From an uncultured Candidatus Saccharibacteria bacterium (lineage in GTDB: Bacteria > Patescibacteriota > Saccharimonadia > Saccharimonadales > JACQNP01), in contig CAZPWF010000003.1 of NCBI GenBank assembly GCA_964590725.1, positions 1,649 through 65,648 on the forward strand: DNA of 64,000 bases, given 5' to 3'. The position numbers and the translations under genes are program-made. Shown piece after piece: positions 45,000 through 54,735 of the stretch. The notes below the pieces were generated by a model. That model was given only the letters and a program-made list of their open reading frames with translations. It ran no database searches and was not told the origin of the DNA. How positions within the stretch are numbered: the stretch's first letter is position 1; every line of letters begins with the position of its first letter.

Positions 45000-45682
45000 G
45001 ATTGCACAGATTTTATGTCGGCGATGAGGTTGAGTTAAAACATGACTTTTGGTTGCACGACGTAGGTTTATTAAACCAGTGGCGACGAGTATTACGTTAT
45101 CAGGTTGGCCAAGAATTAGTGTTATTTGATGGCATAAATGAGGATCGACTCTATAAAATTACTCTTTTGACCGAAAAAGAAGCGCATCTTGAAATGGTTA
45201 CAGAATTAAAAAGGCAAATTCCAAAAAGAGACATATACCTCTTCTGGTCTTTGTTAAAGAAAGACAAGAATGACTGGGTTCTACAAAAATGCACTGAACT
45301 TGGCGTGAGTCACTTTGTTCCGTTAATTGCTGATCGATCGGAAAAAACTGGTTTTAATGTAGAGCGAGCTCAGAAGATTATCATAGAGGCGGCAGAGCAG
45401 TGTGGTCGAAGTGATATTCCGTCTGTAAGAGAGCCAATTCTTGTCGAAACCGCACTTACTGAGTTTGATGGTAAGCTACGGTTATTTATTTGCGAACAGT
45501 CACAAGACGGGAAATTGTGCGATATTGACCAAGCAGGCTTACTGATTGGTCCTGAGGGTGGATGGTCGGAAAATGAAAGAAATATATTCAAACAACACGA
45601 TTTGGCTCACGTTAATCTTCATGATTTTACGCTTCGTGCCGAAACCGCATGCGTTGCCGGCGCCACGTTACTGCTACAATAA
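44996..45682 (+). CDS. rsmE: 16S rRNA (uracil1498-N3)-methyltransferase RsmE
   Basis: MRLHRFYV N-terminus (PUA-like), then a SPOUT C-domain with LIGPEGGWSENE and LRAETA. The ATGA start overlaps the upstream gene. Confidence 0.85.
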   Translation: MRLHRFYVGDEVELKHDFWLHDVGLLNQWRRVLRYQVGQELVLFDGINEDRLYKITLLTEKEAHLEMVTELKRQIPKRDIYLFWSLLKKDKNDWVLQKCTELGVSHFVPLIADRSEKTGFNVERAQKIIIEAAEQCGRSDIPSVREPILVETALTEFDGKLRLFICEQSQDGKLCDIDQAGLLIGPEGGWSENERNIFKQHDLAHVNLHDFTLRAETACVAGATLLLQ

Positions 45683-45687
45683 ATATA

Positions 45688-46467
45688 ATGGCAACAAATT
45701 ATTGGCAAACCAGGAATAAACCTTACGAAGTAGGGCAAAAAGCGCCTTTTAAAGTTAGTCGAAGCAAAATAGAGCTATTTACTCAGTGCCCCAGGTGCTT
45801 TTGGTTAGACGTGCGTTTGAAGATAAAACGTCCCAGTGGTCCACCATTCAATATCAATAAGACGATAGATGAACTGTATAAAAAAGAGTTCGATATTCAT
45901 CGTGCAAGCAAAACTCCACATCCTATTATGATTGATAATCAGATCAAGGCAGTACCAATGCAGCATGAAAATATGGATCAGTGGCGCCATAATTTTACGG
46001 GGGTCACAGCACTTCACAAGCCGACAAATTTGCACGTATTTGGTGCGATTGACGATTTGTGGGTTGATGATGACGGTAACGCTATTGTTGTAGACTACAA
46101 AGCAACCTCAAAAGACAAAGAGGTGTCGATAGATTCAGATTGGCAGATTAGCTACAAAAGACAACTCGAAGTATATCAGTGGCTGCTTCGTCAAAATGAT
46201 TTATCTGTGAGTGACATCGGCTACTTTGTCTACACAAATGCTCGGATGGATTTAGACGGATTTAACGATCGACTAGAATTCCGAACCAAACTTATTCCGT
46301 ATCAAGGTAACGATTCTTGGGTTGAGCAAACGCTAAAAAATATGAAGAACTGTATGGACGGGGAAATCCCAGAAGTAGGGACTGCCGCAATGGGGGGCGA
46401 ATGTGATTATTGCTCATATGCTAGAGATCGAACTAGGTTGACTTTGCAGCATTTAAACAAGGCCTAA
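45688..46467 (+). CDS. PD-(D/E)XK nuclease, Cas4/RecB-like, with CxxC...CxxC
   Basis: I chose the start at MATNYWQ (ATG 45688, 5 nt after the rsmE stop). N-terminal FTQCPRCFWL, core (GAIDDLWVDDDGNAIVVDYKATSK, i.e. D...D-x-K), QLEVYQWLL, and a C-terminal GGECDYCSYA. Confidence 0.7.
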   Translation: MATNYWQTRNKPYEVGQKAPFKVSRSKIELFTQCPRCFWLDVRLKIKRPSGPPFNINKTIDELYKKEFDIHRASKTPHPIMIDNQIKAVPMQHENMDQWRHNFTGVTALHKPTNLHVFGAIDDLWVDDDGNAIVVDYKATSKDKEVSIDSDWQISYKRQLEVYQWLLRQNDLSVSDIGYFVYTNARMDLDGFNDRLEFRTKLIPYQGNDSWVEQTLKNMKNCMDGEIPEVGTAAMGGECDYCSYARDRTRLTLQHLNKA

Positions 46468-46533
46468 ACTTAATAGGTAGCTCGTTTAGATGGCAGTTTT
46501 TATCGGTCCTTTTGGTCTTATTGCAGGCTTAAT

Positions 46534-47352
46534 TTAAATTTGTTGTGAGGGGTCAGCCTGCAAAGTTGAGTCTTTTGATTCAAGATCGAGTACTTTCCAG
46601 CTATTGTTCTCTTTTTCTATAACTAATCGCATATAGTAGTTTTTGCCATCTTTGAGTGATCTAAAAACAACCACGCTGTTATTTGATTCTTCAATAGTAG
46701 GCTTATCTTTCCATTTATCGATTAACATTGGTTGCCCTGGGTAATTTTTTGATATTTTATTTATTGCTTCTGACAGTTGTTCTTTAGTAGCGACAGATTT
46801 AAATCCCTGACTGGTCAAATCGTATGCTTTATCCATATCTTTAGACTGAACTGCAACTAGGAATTCTTTTCCTATAGCTATGTCAGCTTTATTGGCGCGT
46901 TGATCTTTCAGAAACAGATACCCACCAACTGAGCCAGAAATAAGTATTACCGCTATGATCGCAGGGATTACATATTTTAGTCCAGGTAGCTTAATCCTTC
47001 TTCTATTCTTTCCTTTTTCTATTAAAGTCGGGATTGTTTTTGTATCTGCGGTGTTATTTATAGGAGGCTTCGATTTGTTTATTGCAGTAACCGAGTCATT
47101 GCGTGAATGTACTGTTGTCTGGGTTTGACGTCTAGGTGGGCGGACTGGAGGTTGCGGGCGTTGTTCAACTTTAGCAATTGGCGTCACCGTGGATGTATTA
47201 GCAGCGGGTGCTGGCCTATTGTTCGTGCTTGATTGTTGTGTCGGTTGGTTTAACTGACTACTGGGTCTCAGATTATAACTATCAAGTTGTGATCGCTGAA
47301 TTTTTGCTCGTGGTCTTGGTGTTCGTTCTCCTGGTCGCAAAGTAACTCCCAT
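46534..47352 (-). CDS. hypothetical membrane-anchored protein: Pro/Gln-rich N-terminus, one TM segment, small C-terminal domain
   Basis: 272 aa. A disordered P/Q/T/R-rich first ~130 aa is followed by a TM segment (YVIPAIIAVILISGSVGGYLF) and a ~115-aa globular tail. I recognise no family. Confidence 0.6.
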   Translation of the reverse strand: MGVTLRPGERTPRPRAKIQRSQLDSYNLRPSSQLNQPTQQSSTNNRPAPAANTSTVTPIAKVEQRPQPPVRPPRRQTQTTVHSRNDSVTAINKSKPPINNTADTKTIPTLIEKGKNRRRIKLPGLKYVIPAIIAVILISGSVGGYLFLKDQRANKADIAIGKEFLVAVQSKDMDKAYDLTSQGFKSVATKEQLSEAINKISKNYPGQPMLIDKWKDKPTIEESNNSVVVFRSLKDGKNYYMRLVIEKENNSWKVLDLESKDSTLQADPSQQI

Positions 47353-47410
47353 TTTTTGCTTATGATTAATTACATACTAACAAAAAAAACTGCATAATTG
47401 GAACGTTCAA

Positions 47411-47440
47411 TTAGATCAAGAGTGACATATCGCGTATAAT
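47411..47440 (+). promoter_or_regulatory. sigma70-like promoter TTAGAT-N18-TATAAT, 6 nt before the serS ATG
   Basis: ttagat (47411-47416) and tataat (47435-47440), then ataggt, then the ATG at 47447. Confidence 0.5.
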
Positions 47441-47446
47441 ATAGGT

Positions 47447-48742
47447 ATGATCGATATACAGTACATTAGAGATAATCCCGAGATTGTAAAAGAAAAAAGC
47501 GAACAAAAAGGCTACCCGGTAGATGTTGCTGAATTGCTGAGTTTGGATACTCGTAGACGTGAACTACAAACTGAGATTGAAGACATCAGAACACGACGCA
47601 ATGAGCACACGGAAGTGATTAAAAAGCAAGGTAAGCCTTCGACCGAACAGATCGAAATTGGCACAAAATTTAAAGAAGAGCTTAGCAGCAAGGAAGATGC
47701 TTTTTCTAAAATTGATTCGGAATGGCTTTTATTACTTAAAAGCGTGCCTAACATGCCCCTGGACGATGTCCCAGTTGGTGCTAGCGAAGATGACAACGTT
47801 GTAATAAAAAAAGTCGGAGAGCCAACTAAATTTGATTTTGAACCAAAAAATCATGCACAAATTGCCGAGGCAAAAGGATGGCTGGATAAAGAGAGGGCTG
47901 CTAAGGTTGCAGGATCGCGCTTTGCATATATAAAGGGAGACATGGTGCGTATGCAGTTTGCAATCGTGCAGTTTGCCTTTGACGTTCTATCTGACGAAAA
48001 TATTTTAAAAGAGATCATAGAAGATAATAATCTAAGCATTTCATCGAAACCATTCAATCCTGTTTTGCCGCCAGCAATTGTCAATACTGTAGCGTATGAG
48101 GCGACAGCTCGTTTGGATGCAGAAGATGTTACGTATAAATTAGCAGATGATGAGATGTGGTTGAATGCGAGCGCCGAACACTCACTATGTAACATGTATA
48201 TGAATGAAATAATTCCCACAGAAGAACTACCGATTCGGTATATTGGATACGCCACGAGCTTTCGAAGAGAAGCTGGAACATACGGTAAAGATACTGAAGG
48301 TATTTTCAGAATGCACCAATTTGATAAACTTGAAATGGAAGTCTTCTCAGATGAAGAAACTGGCTATGAAGAACATAAGTTTCTAGTAGCAATTCAAGAA
48401 TATCTAGTATCTCAGCTAGGGCTGCCATACCAAGTATTGCAAAAATGTACTGCTGATATAGGTAGGCCAAATGCTCAGGGAGTTGATATAGAAACCTGGA
48501 TGCCGGGTCAGAATAAATATCGCGAAACGCATTCGGCAGATTATATGACAGGATATCAAGCTCGAAGACTTCAGACGAGATATAAGACAGAAAGTGGCAC
48601 AAAATTCGTACACACTAATGACGCAACCGCGTTGGTGCTAAGTCGAATACCTGTAGCAATTATTGAAAATTACCAGACAAGAGATGGTAATGTAGTTGTG
48701 CCAGAAGTATTAAAACCGTATATGAATAAAGGAGAAATATAA
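47447..48742 (+). CDS. serS: seryl-tRNA synthetase
   Basis: Coiled-coil N-arm (MIDIQYIRDNPE...), the class II motif 2 region (FRREAGTYGKDTEGIFRMHQFDKLE), and a motif 3-like C-terminus. TTAGAT-N18-TATAAT lies upstream, with the TATAAT ending 6 nt before the ATG. Confidence 0.95.
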   Translation: MIDIQYIRDNPEIVKEKSEQKGYPVDVAELLSLDTRRRELQTEIEDIRTRRNEHTEVIKKQGKPSTEQIEIGTKFKEELSSKEDAFSKIDSEWLLLLKSVPNMPLDDVPVGASEDDNVVIKKVGEPTKFDFEPKNHAQIAEAKGWLDKERAAKVAGSRFAYIKGDMVRMQFAIVQFAFDVLSDENILKEIIEDNNLSISSKPFNPVLPPAIVNTVAYEATARLDAEDVTYKLADDEMWLNASAEHSLCNMYMNEIIPTEELPIRYIGYATSFRREAGTYGKDTEGIFRMHQFDKLEMEVFSDEETGYEEHKFLVAIQEYLVSQLGLPYQVLQKCTADIGRPNAQGVDIETWMPGQNKYRETHSADYMTGYQARRLQTRYKTESGTKFVHTNDATALVLSRIPVAIIENYQTRDGNVVVPEVLKPYMNKGEI

Positions 48743-49101
48743 TGATTAAAAAACTTGAAATTAACGGAGTCCACACGGTTTTAAATGAAGATCTAAAGAA
48801 ATACATTACTAAAAAAATAGGTAAACTTGATCGTTATCTACCAAGAGCAGCGCGCGAGAGTGCGCATGCAGAGGTCTTTGTAAAAGAGTCAAAGGTTAAA
48901 GGCAAAAAACAGTGCGCATGTGAAGTTGTGTTGCATTTACCGAACGAAACCATCATTACAAAAGAGAGCACTCTGAATATGTTTGCCGCTGTAGATATTG
49001 TTGAATCTAAGCTAAAGAACCAAATTAAAAAGTATAAAGATACGAACAGCCCAAAAGGTTTGCGTCATCGTGTCATCAATAAAATTAGAAAACAAGCCTA
49101 A
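48742..49101 (+). CDS. hpf: ribosome hibernation/associated factor (short HPF/RaiA family)
   Basis: 119 aa. YITKKIGKLDRYL...AEVFVKESK...CEVVLHLPNETIITKESTLNMFAAVDIVESKLKNQIKKYK. aaggag Shine-Dalgarno, and the ATG overlaps the serS stop. Confidence 0.85.
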   Translation: MIKKLEINGVHTVLNEDLKKYITKKIGKLDRYLPRAARESAHAEVFVKESKVKGKKQCACEVVLHLPNETIITKESTLNMFAAVDIVESKLKNQIKKYKDTNSPKGLRHRVINKIRKQA

Positions 49102-49201
49102 TATTGTTAAACTGTTGGGAAAATTACTGTGTACATTGACCTCTATTGCGGTACAATAGGTATATTATTTTGATGACAGTCAAATCAGAGAGGGAACTTG
49201 A

Positions 49202-51796
49202 GTGAAAAAAGTACTAAAACGGGTTTTGGGCGACCCACAAATCCGAACTGTTAAGCGACTTAAAAAGCGTGTGAAGGTTATTAATGATCTTGCACCAAAG
49301 TATAAAAAACTTTCCGATAAAAAACTAGCCGAACAGACGCAATTACTAAAGAAGCGTTTAGAAAAAGAATCTCTAGACAAAATTTTGCCTGATGCTTTTG
49401 CGCTTGTCCGTGAGGCGGCTACGCGTACTTTAGGCCAACGTCACTTTGATGTGCAGCTAATTGGCGGCATGTCATTGCACGAAGGTAATGTGTCAGAAAT
49501 GAAAACTGGTGAAGGCAAGACACTGGTCGCGACATTACCTGTATATCTAAATGCGCTTACCGAAAAGGGTGTACATGTTGTGACGGTAAACGACTATCTA
49601 GCTCAGCGTGATGCGGGCTGGATGGGTCAAATTTATGGATTTTTAGGGCTTACAACCGGAGTTATAATTGCTGACGAATCTTATATTTTCGATAAATCTT
49701 TCGAAAATAAGAATCACAGTGACCCTCGTTTCAAACATCTAAAGCCTTGCACTCGTCAGGAAGCGTATAAAGCAGATATTACGTATGGTACAAATAACGA
49801 GTTTGGTTTTGACTATCTTCGTGACAATATGGTTCGAGAAGTCGAGCAATTGAGACAAAGAGAGCTTCATTACGCTATTGTTGACGAAGTAGATTCAATC
49901 TTGATCGATGAGGCTAGAACGCCACTTATTATATCGGCCCCATCTGTTACGAGTGGAAATGCCTATGCTCAATTCTCCAAGGTCACGCGTCAATTAAAAA
50001 AAGATGATGACTATGAAGTAGACGAAAAGCGTAAATCAGTTATTTTGACCGATGATGGTATCGAACATGTCCAGAAAATACTTGGCGTAGATAGTTTATA
50101 TGGCACAGAAAATATCCGTACAATTTATCACCTAGAGCAAGCTCTAAAAGCCCAAGCTCTTTTCAAGCGCGATAAAGACTATGTTGTAACTAGCGACGGC
50201 GAGGTTGTGATTGTAGATGAGTTTACTGGTCGTCTACTAAAAGGTCGACGATATAATGAGGGATTACATCAAGCAATCGAGGCAAAAGAAGGGGTAGAAG
50301 TTCAAGAAGAGTCTATGACCTTAGCTACAATCAGTTTTCAGAACTATTTTAGATTGTATGAAAAACTAGCAGGAATGACCGGAACGGCTGAGACTGAGAG
50401 TGAAGAATTCCACCAGATATACGAACTTAATGTTTTAGAAATACCATCTAATCGAGGTGTTGCGCGCATAGATCATCCAGACAGAATCTACAAAACAGAG
50501 ATGGGTAAGTTTAAGGCAATTGTCAGGGAAGTCCAAAAACTTCACCAAAAGGGACAGCCGGTTTTGATAGGAACTGTATCAATTGAACGAAACGAAGTTC
50601 TTAGTGGGTTGCTAAAAAAATCAAAGATTCCGCACCAAGTATTGAACGCAAAGAGCAATGAAAAAGAAGCAGCTATTGTTGAAAAGGCAGGCCAGAAAGG
50701 TGCAGTTACTTTGGCAACTAACATCGCTGGTCGTGGTACTGATATTGTTCTTGGAGAAGGTGTAAAAGAAATTGGCGGTTTATTTGTTCTTGGATCGGAG
50801 AGGCACGAATCTCGACGTATTGACAATCAATTGAGGGGCCGTTCCGGTAGACAAGGTGACCCTGGAGCAACTCAGTTTTATGTTAGTACAGAAGATGATC
50901 TTATGCGTATTTTTGGTGGAGAACGAATCGGATCAATCATGGAACGCCTTGGGGTTGATGACGAGACGCCGATTGAAAATAGGGTTATATCAAAATCACT
51001 TGAAGCTGCTCAGAAAAAGGTAGAGGGCTACAACTTTGATGCTCGCAAAAATGTTGTTCAGTACGATGATGTAATGAATCGTCATCGAAAAGCTACTTAC
51101 ATAATGCGTAAAGAGATACTTTTGCAAACTGACATAAGTAAGCGTATTAAGATGTTCATCCAGGAAGAAGCGAAGGCGCTTGCGAGCTCGTCGCAGTTGT
51201 TGTCGGATCAGTTCGAATCGACTGTTACCGAAGTATTTCCGTTTGACGAAGAAACCCTAGATCGATTGTTTGATACCGAAGCAACCAAGTTTGGCAATGT
51301 ACTACTAACAGAGGCTCAGGAACTATATGAAGGTCGTGAATTAGCATTTGGCGATGAGATTATGCGCAAAGTAGAACGCGACATTTATTTGCAAGTTCTA
51401 GACAATCTCTGGATGCAGCATTTAGAGAATATGGACCACATGAAAGAAGGCATACACTGGATTTCTGTTGGCCAGCGCGATCCGTTGGTTGAGTATCGTC
51501 GTCAGGCTCAGCGCATGTTTGAGGAAATGCAAGTAAGCCTGCGTCAAGAAGTTGTGCGTGCAATTTATAGTGCAACACCTGTAGACGCTGACGAGCCTAC
51601 CGAAACAGAACTTACAAAAGCTGCTCGAAAATCGGTTAGCAATGCAGATCAAATAATTGAGGCCGAAGAATTTCATGAAACAGACTTTGTGCCACAAAAA
51701 GTGGAGCAAGTTGCAGTAAAACAAGCTCACGAAAAAATTAAAAAAGCCAGGAAGGCAGAGCGCAAGCGTAAAAAGGCTGGCAAACGTCGAAAATAA
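49202..51796 (+). CDS. secA: preprotein translocase ATPase SecA
   Basis: GTG start after gagggaa. MKTGEGKTLVATLP (Walker A), VTVNDYLAQRD, DEVDSILIDEARTPLIIS, LAGMTGTA and TNIAGRGTDI. 864 aa with a basic C-tail and no Zn-finger Cys. Confidence 0.95.
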   Translation: MKKVLKRVLGDPQIRTVKRLKKRVKVINDLAPKYKKLSDKKLAEQTQLLKKRLEKESLDKILPDAFALVREAATRTLGQRHFDVQLIGGMSLHEGNVSEMKTGEGKTLVATLPVYLNALTEKGVHVVTVNDYLAQRDAGWMGQIYGFLGLTTGVIIADESYIFDKSFENKNHSDPRFKHLKPCTRQEAYKADITYGTNNEFGFDYLRDNMVREVEQLRQRELHYAIVDEVDSILIDEARTPLIISAPSVTSGNAYAQFSKVTRQLKKDDDYEVDEKRKSVILTDDGIEHVQKILGVDSLYGTENIRTIYHLEQALKAQALFKRDKDYVVTSDGEVVIVDEFTGRLLKGRRYNEGLHQAIEAKEGVEVQEESMTLATISFQNYFRLYEKLAGMTGTAETESEEFHQIYELNVLEIPSNRGVARIDHPDRIYKTEMGKFKAIVREVQKLHQKGQPVLIGTVSIERNEVLSGLLKKSKIPHQVLNAKSNEKEAAIVEKAGQKGAVTLATNIAGRGTDIVLGEGVKEIGGLFVLGSERHESRRIDNQLRGRSGRQGDPGATQFYVSTEDDLMRIFGGERIGSIMERLGVDDETPIENRVISKSLEAAQKKVEGYNFDARKNVVQYDDVMNRHRKATYIMRKEILLQTDISKRIKMFIQEEAKALASSSQLLSDQFESTVTEVFPFDEETLDRLFDTEATKFGNVLLTEAQELYEGRELAFGDEIMRKVERDIYLQVLDNLWMQHLENMDHMKEGIHWISVGQRDPLVEYRRQAQRMFEEMQVSLRQEVVRAIYSATPVDADEPTETELTKAARKSVSNADQIIEAEEFHETDFVPQKVEQVAVKQAHEKIKKARKAERKRKKAGKRRK

Positions 51797-51818
51797 CTGA
51801 CGGCTGAATTAATTATTA

Positions 51819-53111
51819 ATGAAACATACCGTTAGCGAAATTAGTTTAGCAAATGGCTCGAAAGGCTTGTTAATTAACGTGCCCGACGCCAGTGTTATGA
51901 CTTTCGAAGTAAACTTTCGGGCTGGTGAATATTTGGTTAATGAGGAAAAATGGGAAACCCCACATCTTATGGAGCACGTTTTGCTTGGCGCTAACGAGCT
52001 TATTCCAAAGGCTCGTCTATTCCAGGCAGAGTTTGAAAAAAACGGCGCATATAATAACGCCAGTACTGGCGCGTATGATATTAATTATGAAGCTGAATGT
52101 GCAGATTTTGAGTGGGATCGTGTTGCAGGCATGCTGCTGACAGCTATAAGTAAGCCACTTTTCTTACAAGAAGAATTCGATGCTGAGTACGGTAATGTCG
52201 TCGAAGAGCTTAATGCTCGATCAAATAATCATTTTCGGCACCTAAGCTTGGCGTTGCGTGGTAAATATGGTTATAAAGTGCTCACTGACCAAAGAAGATT
52301 AGAGCTTATAGAGAACGTGTTATTGAGTGACGTAAAAAAGCACTACAAGCGCACACATACAGCGTCTAATATGCGATTTATTATAGCTGGTAAGATTACG
52401 TCAGAAAGAAAAAAGGTGCTTGAGGACCTACTGGCTAATATCGAATTACCAAAGGGTTTTAAAAGATTTGTATTACCAAACGAAACGCCAAGACCGCTCA
52501 AAAAACCACTTTATATTCATAATCCAACAGTAGAAAATCTTCATTTTTATATAGATACATTCATGAAACGTAAAATGAATGATGATGAAGCTGATGCCTT
52601 AAATCTAATTAATACAATGTTGACTGAAACATTATATTCGCGAATTTTGGGTGAAGCTCGCGAGCATGGACTTGTATATCACATGAGTTCGGGAACAGGT
52701 CAATCTAGATATAGTTCTAACTGGTGGTTTGGTGCGCAGATTATGCCAAAAAATACTGAGAAGTTATTTTCGATCATCACAAAAGAACTACATAAGGTAT
52801 TTTCTGCAGATATTTCTTCTACCGATATATTGGCTGCTAAGCAGTATTCACTTGGAAGGTATCAACGTAGCGGTCAGACAGTTTCTGGTACTGCCGATGG
52901 TTATGCAAGCAGATATTTCTTTGACGAGCAAATAGAGGACTATTATAAAATTCCTCAAAGAATCGAGTCGGTTAATAGGGACAAGATTGTTCAGATATCT
53001 AGAGCAATGTTTGCCGACAGGGTGTGGGGCATGGGTGTACTCAGTAGTTGTGGTGAAGACTTTGTTGCAAACTTGTCAGATAAAATAGAACCACTATGGC
53101 TAGTCGGATAA
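51819..53111 (+). CDS. M16 (pitrilysin/insulinase) family zinc peptidase
   Basis: 430 aa with the inverted zinc motif HxxEH (TPHLMEHVLLG), a downstream Glu region (EYGNVVEEL), and a two-domain length. Confidence 0.8.
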   Translation: MKHTVSEISLANGSKGLLINVPDASVMTFEVNFRAGEYLVNEEKWETPHLMEHVLLGANELIPKARLFQAEFEKNGAYNNASTGAYDINYEAECADFEWDRVAGMLLTAISKPLFLQEEFDAEYGNVVEELNARSNNHFRHLSLALRGKYGYKVLTDQRRLELIENVLLSDVKKHYKRTHTASNMRFIIAGKITSERKKVLEDLLANIELPKGFKRFVLPNETPRPLKKPLYIHNPTVENLHFYIDTFMKRKMNDDEADALNLINTMLTETLYSRILGEAREHGLVYHMSSGTGQSRYSSNWWFGAQIMPKNTEKLFSIITKELHKVFSADISSTDILAAKQYSLGRYQRSGQTVSGTADGYASRYFFDEQIEDYYKIPQRIESVNRDKIVQISRAMFADRVWGMGVLSSCGEDFVANLSDKIEPLWLVG

Positions 53112-53164
53112 AAATGGTTATGCTAGTATTAAGCTAACAATTAAGTAAAAGTTAACAAAAAATT

Positions 53165-54373
53165 ATGGACCCAAATCAAAGTCCTCAACCCGATCAGCAA
53201 AATATACAGCCAAATCCAACACAGCAGGGTATTGCTCAGCCTGCCGTACCGTCGGCAAATACCCCTCAAATAGTAACTCCGACACCCCAGCCTCAATCTA
53301 TTGAACCACCTATAACCACACCCACTAATCAGCCCACAGGTATTGTTCAGCCACAACAACCAATTTTCTCAGATCAATCTCCTCAATTAGTTACTGAACC
53401 TGCGGATAATGTGGTTCATAGTGTTCCTCAAACTCAGCTATATCAATCAGAAAATAATTACGCACAGTCGGTTGAAGCCTCAGTACGGCAAAACACTCCA
53501 ACAATGAGTCCTCCTGCGCAGACTGCGCCTATAAATTCGGTCTCGAACATTCCTTCGCCTCAGGTTCAGCAAGCAGTTTTGCCAGCACCTCCATTACTAA
53601 GTAATGTTGATTCAAAAAAACCCAAGACACCTTTGGTCACTCTGGCTGCGCAGTTAACTTTTAGAGGAACAGAAGAGCGGCGACCAAAAACACTAATTGG
53701 CAAAATACTGGGTATTTTTATAATTATTGTCGCGCTGGCAGGTAGTGCTGGATTTATATATGCAGCTCAACACGTTAAAGCAGCGCGAAAAGAGATTCAT
53801 CAACAGTCAAATCCATATGCGGCAAAAAACGAGGAAGATAAGAAAAAAGCTATTGCCGACAGCTCGCCTGAAACACAAAAACTAAAAGACGGTAAGTTAG
53901 ATGTTTCAAAACTTTTTGACACATATGCAGCCGAACGTGAGCAAGATATTAAAGCAGAATACAACGAGCAAATAAATGTTTCAGATGGTACAACTTTTGC
54001 AGTTGTCGGTTCTACAAGAGGTTGGATGCCCAAAGGTAAGTACGCTTCGAAGCCAGCTAAAGGCAAGGAGTATATAAAAATAGACTTGTTAGTTGGCTAT
54101 AGAGGGAAAGAAGGTACTGGTTCTATTTATGAATTAAAGCTTCAAAATTCGAAAGGTGGCTTACAGGATACTTCATATGTTTCGGATGAATCTAGTGATG
54201 AGAATGGGCTAGGTAGTTTACCGTCAATAACACCTGGAGGCACAGCAGAGGGTTGGTTGGTATTTGAAGTAGATAAAGGTGAGCCCGTGTCTTTGGTGCT
54301 CGAAAAGAAAGGTCTCTTTGATGCTAAGAACAAAGAATATAAAGTTCGTGCAGCTGTGGAGATAAAGCAATGA
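53165..54373 (+). CDS. hypothetical membrane-anchored protein: Pro/Gln-rich N-terminus, one TM segment, beta-rich C-terminal domain (DUF4352-like guess)
   Basis: 402 aa. About 175 aa of P/Q/T-rich sequence is followed by a TM segment (ILGIFIIIVALAGSAGFIYAA). The C-terminal ~150 aa contain GKEYIKIDLLVGYRG...GWLVFEVDKGEP. Confidence 0.6.
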   Translation: MDPNQSPQPDQQNIQPNPTQQGIAQPAVPSANTPQIVTPTPQPQSIEPPITTPTNQPTGIVQPQQPIFSDQSPQLVTEPADNVVHSVPQTQLYQSENNYAQSVEASVRQNTPTMSPPAQTAPINSVSNIPSPQVQQAVLPAPPLLSNVDSKKPKTPLVTLAAQLTFRGTEERRPKTLIGKILGIFIIIVALAGSAGFIYAAQHVKAARKEIHQQSNPYAAKNEEDKKKAIADSSPETQKLKDGKLDVSKLFDTYAAEREQDIKAEYNEQINVSDGTTFAVVGSTRGWMPKGKYASKPAKGKEYIKIDLLVGYRGKEGTGSIYELKLQNSKGGLQDTSYVSDESSDENGLGSLPSITPGGTAEGWLVFEVDKGEPVSLVLEKKGLFDAKNKEYKVRAAVEIKQ

Positions 54374-54702
54374 CAAACTTAATAATGGCAGTGTCTGAAT
54401 TCACAGCTTATCAGGTAGATCTAGATCAGCAATTTGTCATACCAATTTTGTATTTCGTGCCGCTCATAGTGTGCGCATTACTTCATAAATATTCTCCTCG
54501 TATACTCTCTCTTGTCGTTGGATCGATATTTATAGCTTGCACGGCATATTTTGCATACATATTATATTTTGATTATTCTATTTGGAAATATGTGATGCCG
54601 GTGATAGTTGTATTTGGTGGCCTTTCAGGATTATCTGGATGGATCAGATTCTTGCTGAAGAAAATCAAGAATATTGGCGACGACGACTCCTATCTTAGCT
54701 AG
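54370..54702 (+). CDS. hypothetical small membrane protein (110 aa, 3 hydrophobic segments)
   Basis: The ATGA start overlaps the upstream stop, and the composition is hydrophobic. Confidence 0.5.
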   Translation: MTNLIMAVSEFTAYQVDLDQQFVIPILYFVPLIVCALLHKYSPRILSLVVGSIFIACTAYFAYILYFDYSIWKYVMPVIVVFGGLSGLSGWIRFLLKKIKNIGDDDSYLS

Positions 54703-54735
54703 TTAATATCTTTGACTGTTATAATTCTCTTTAGT

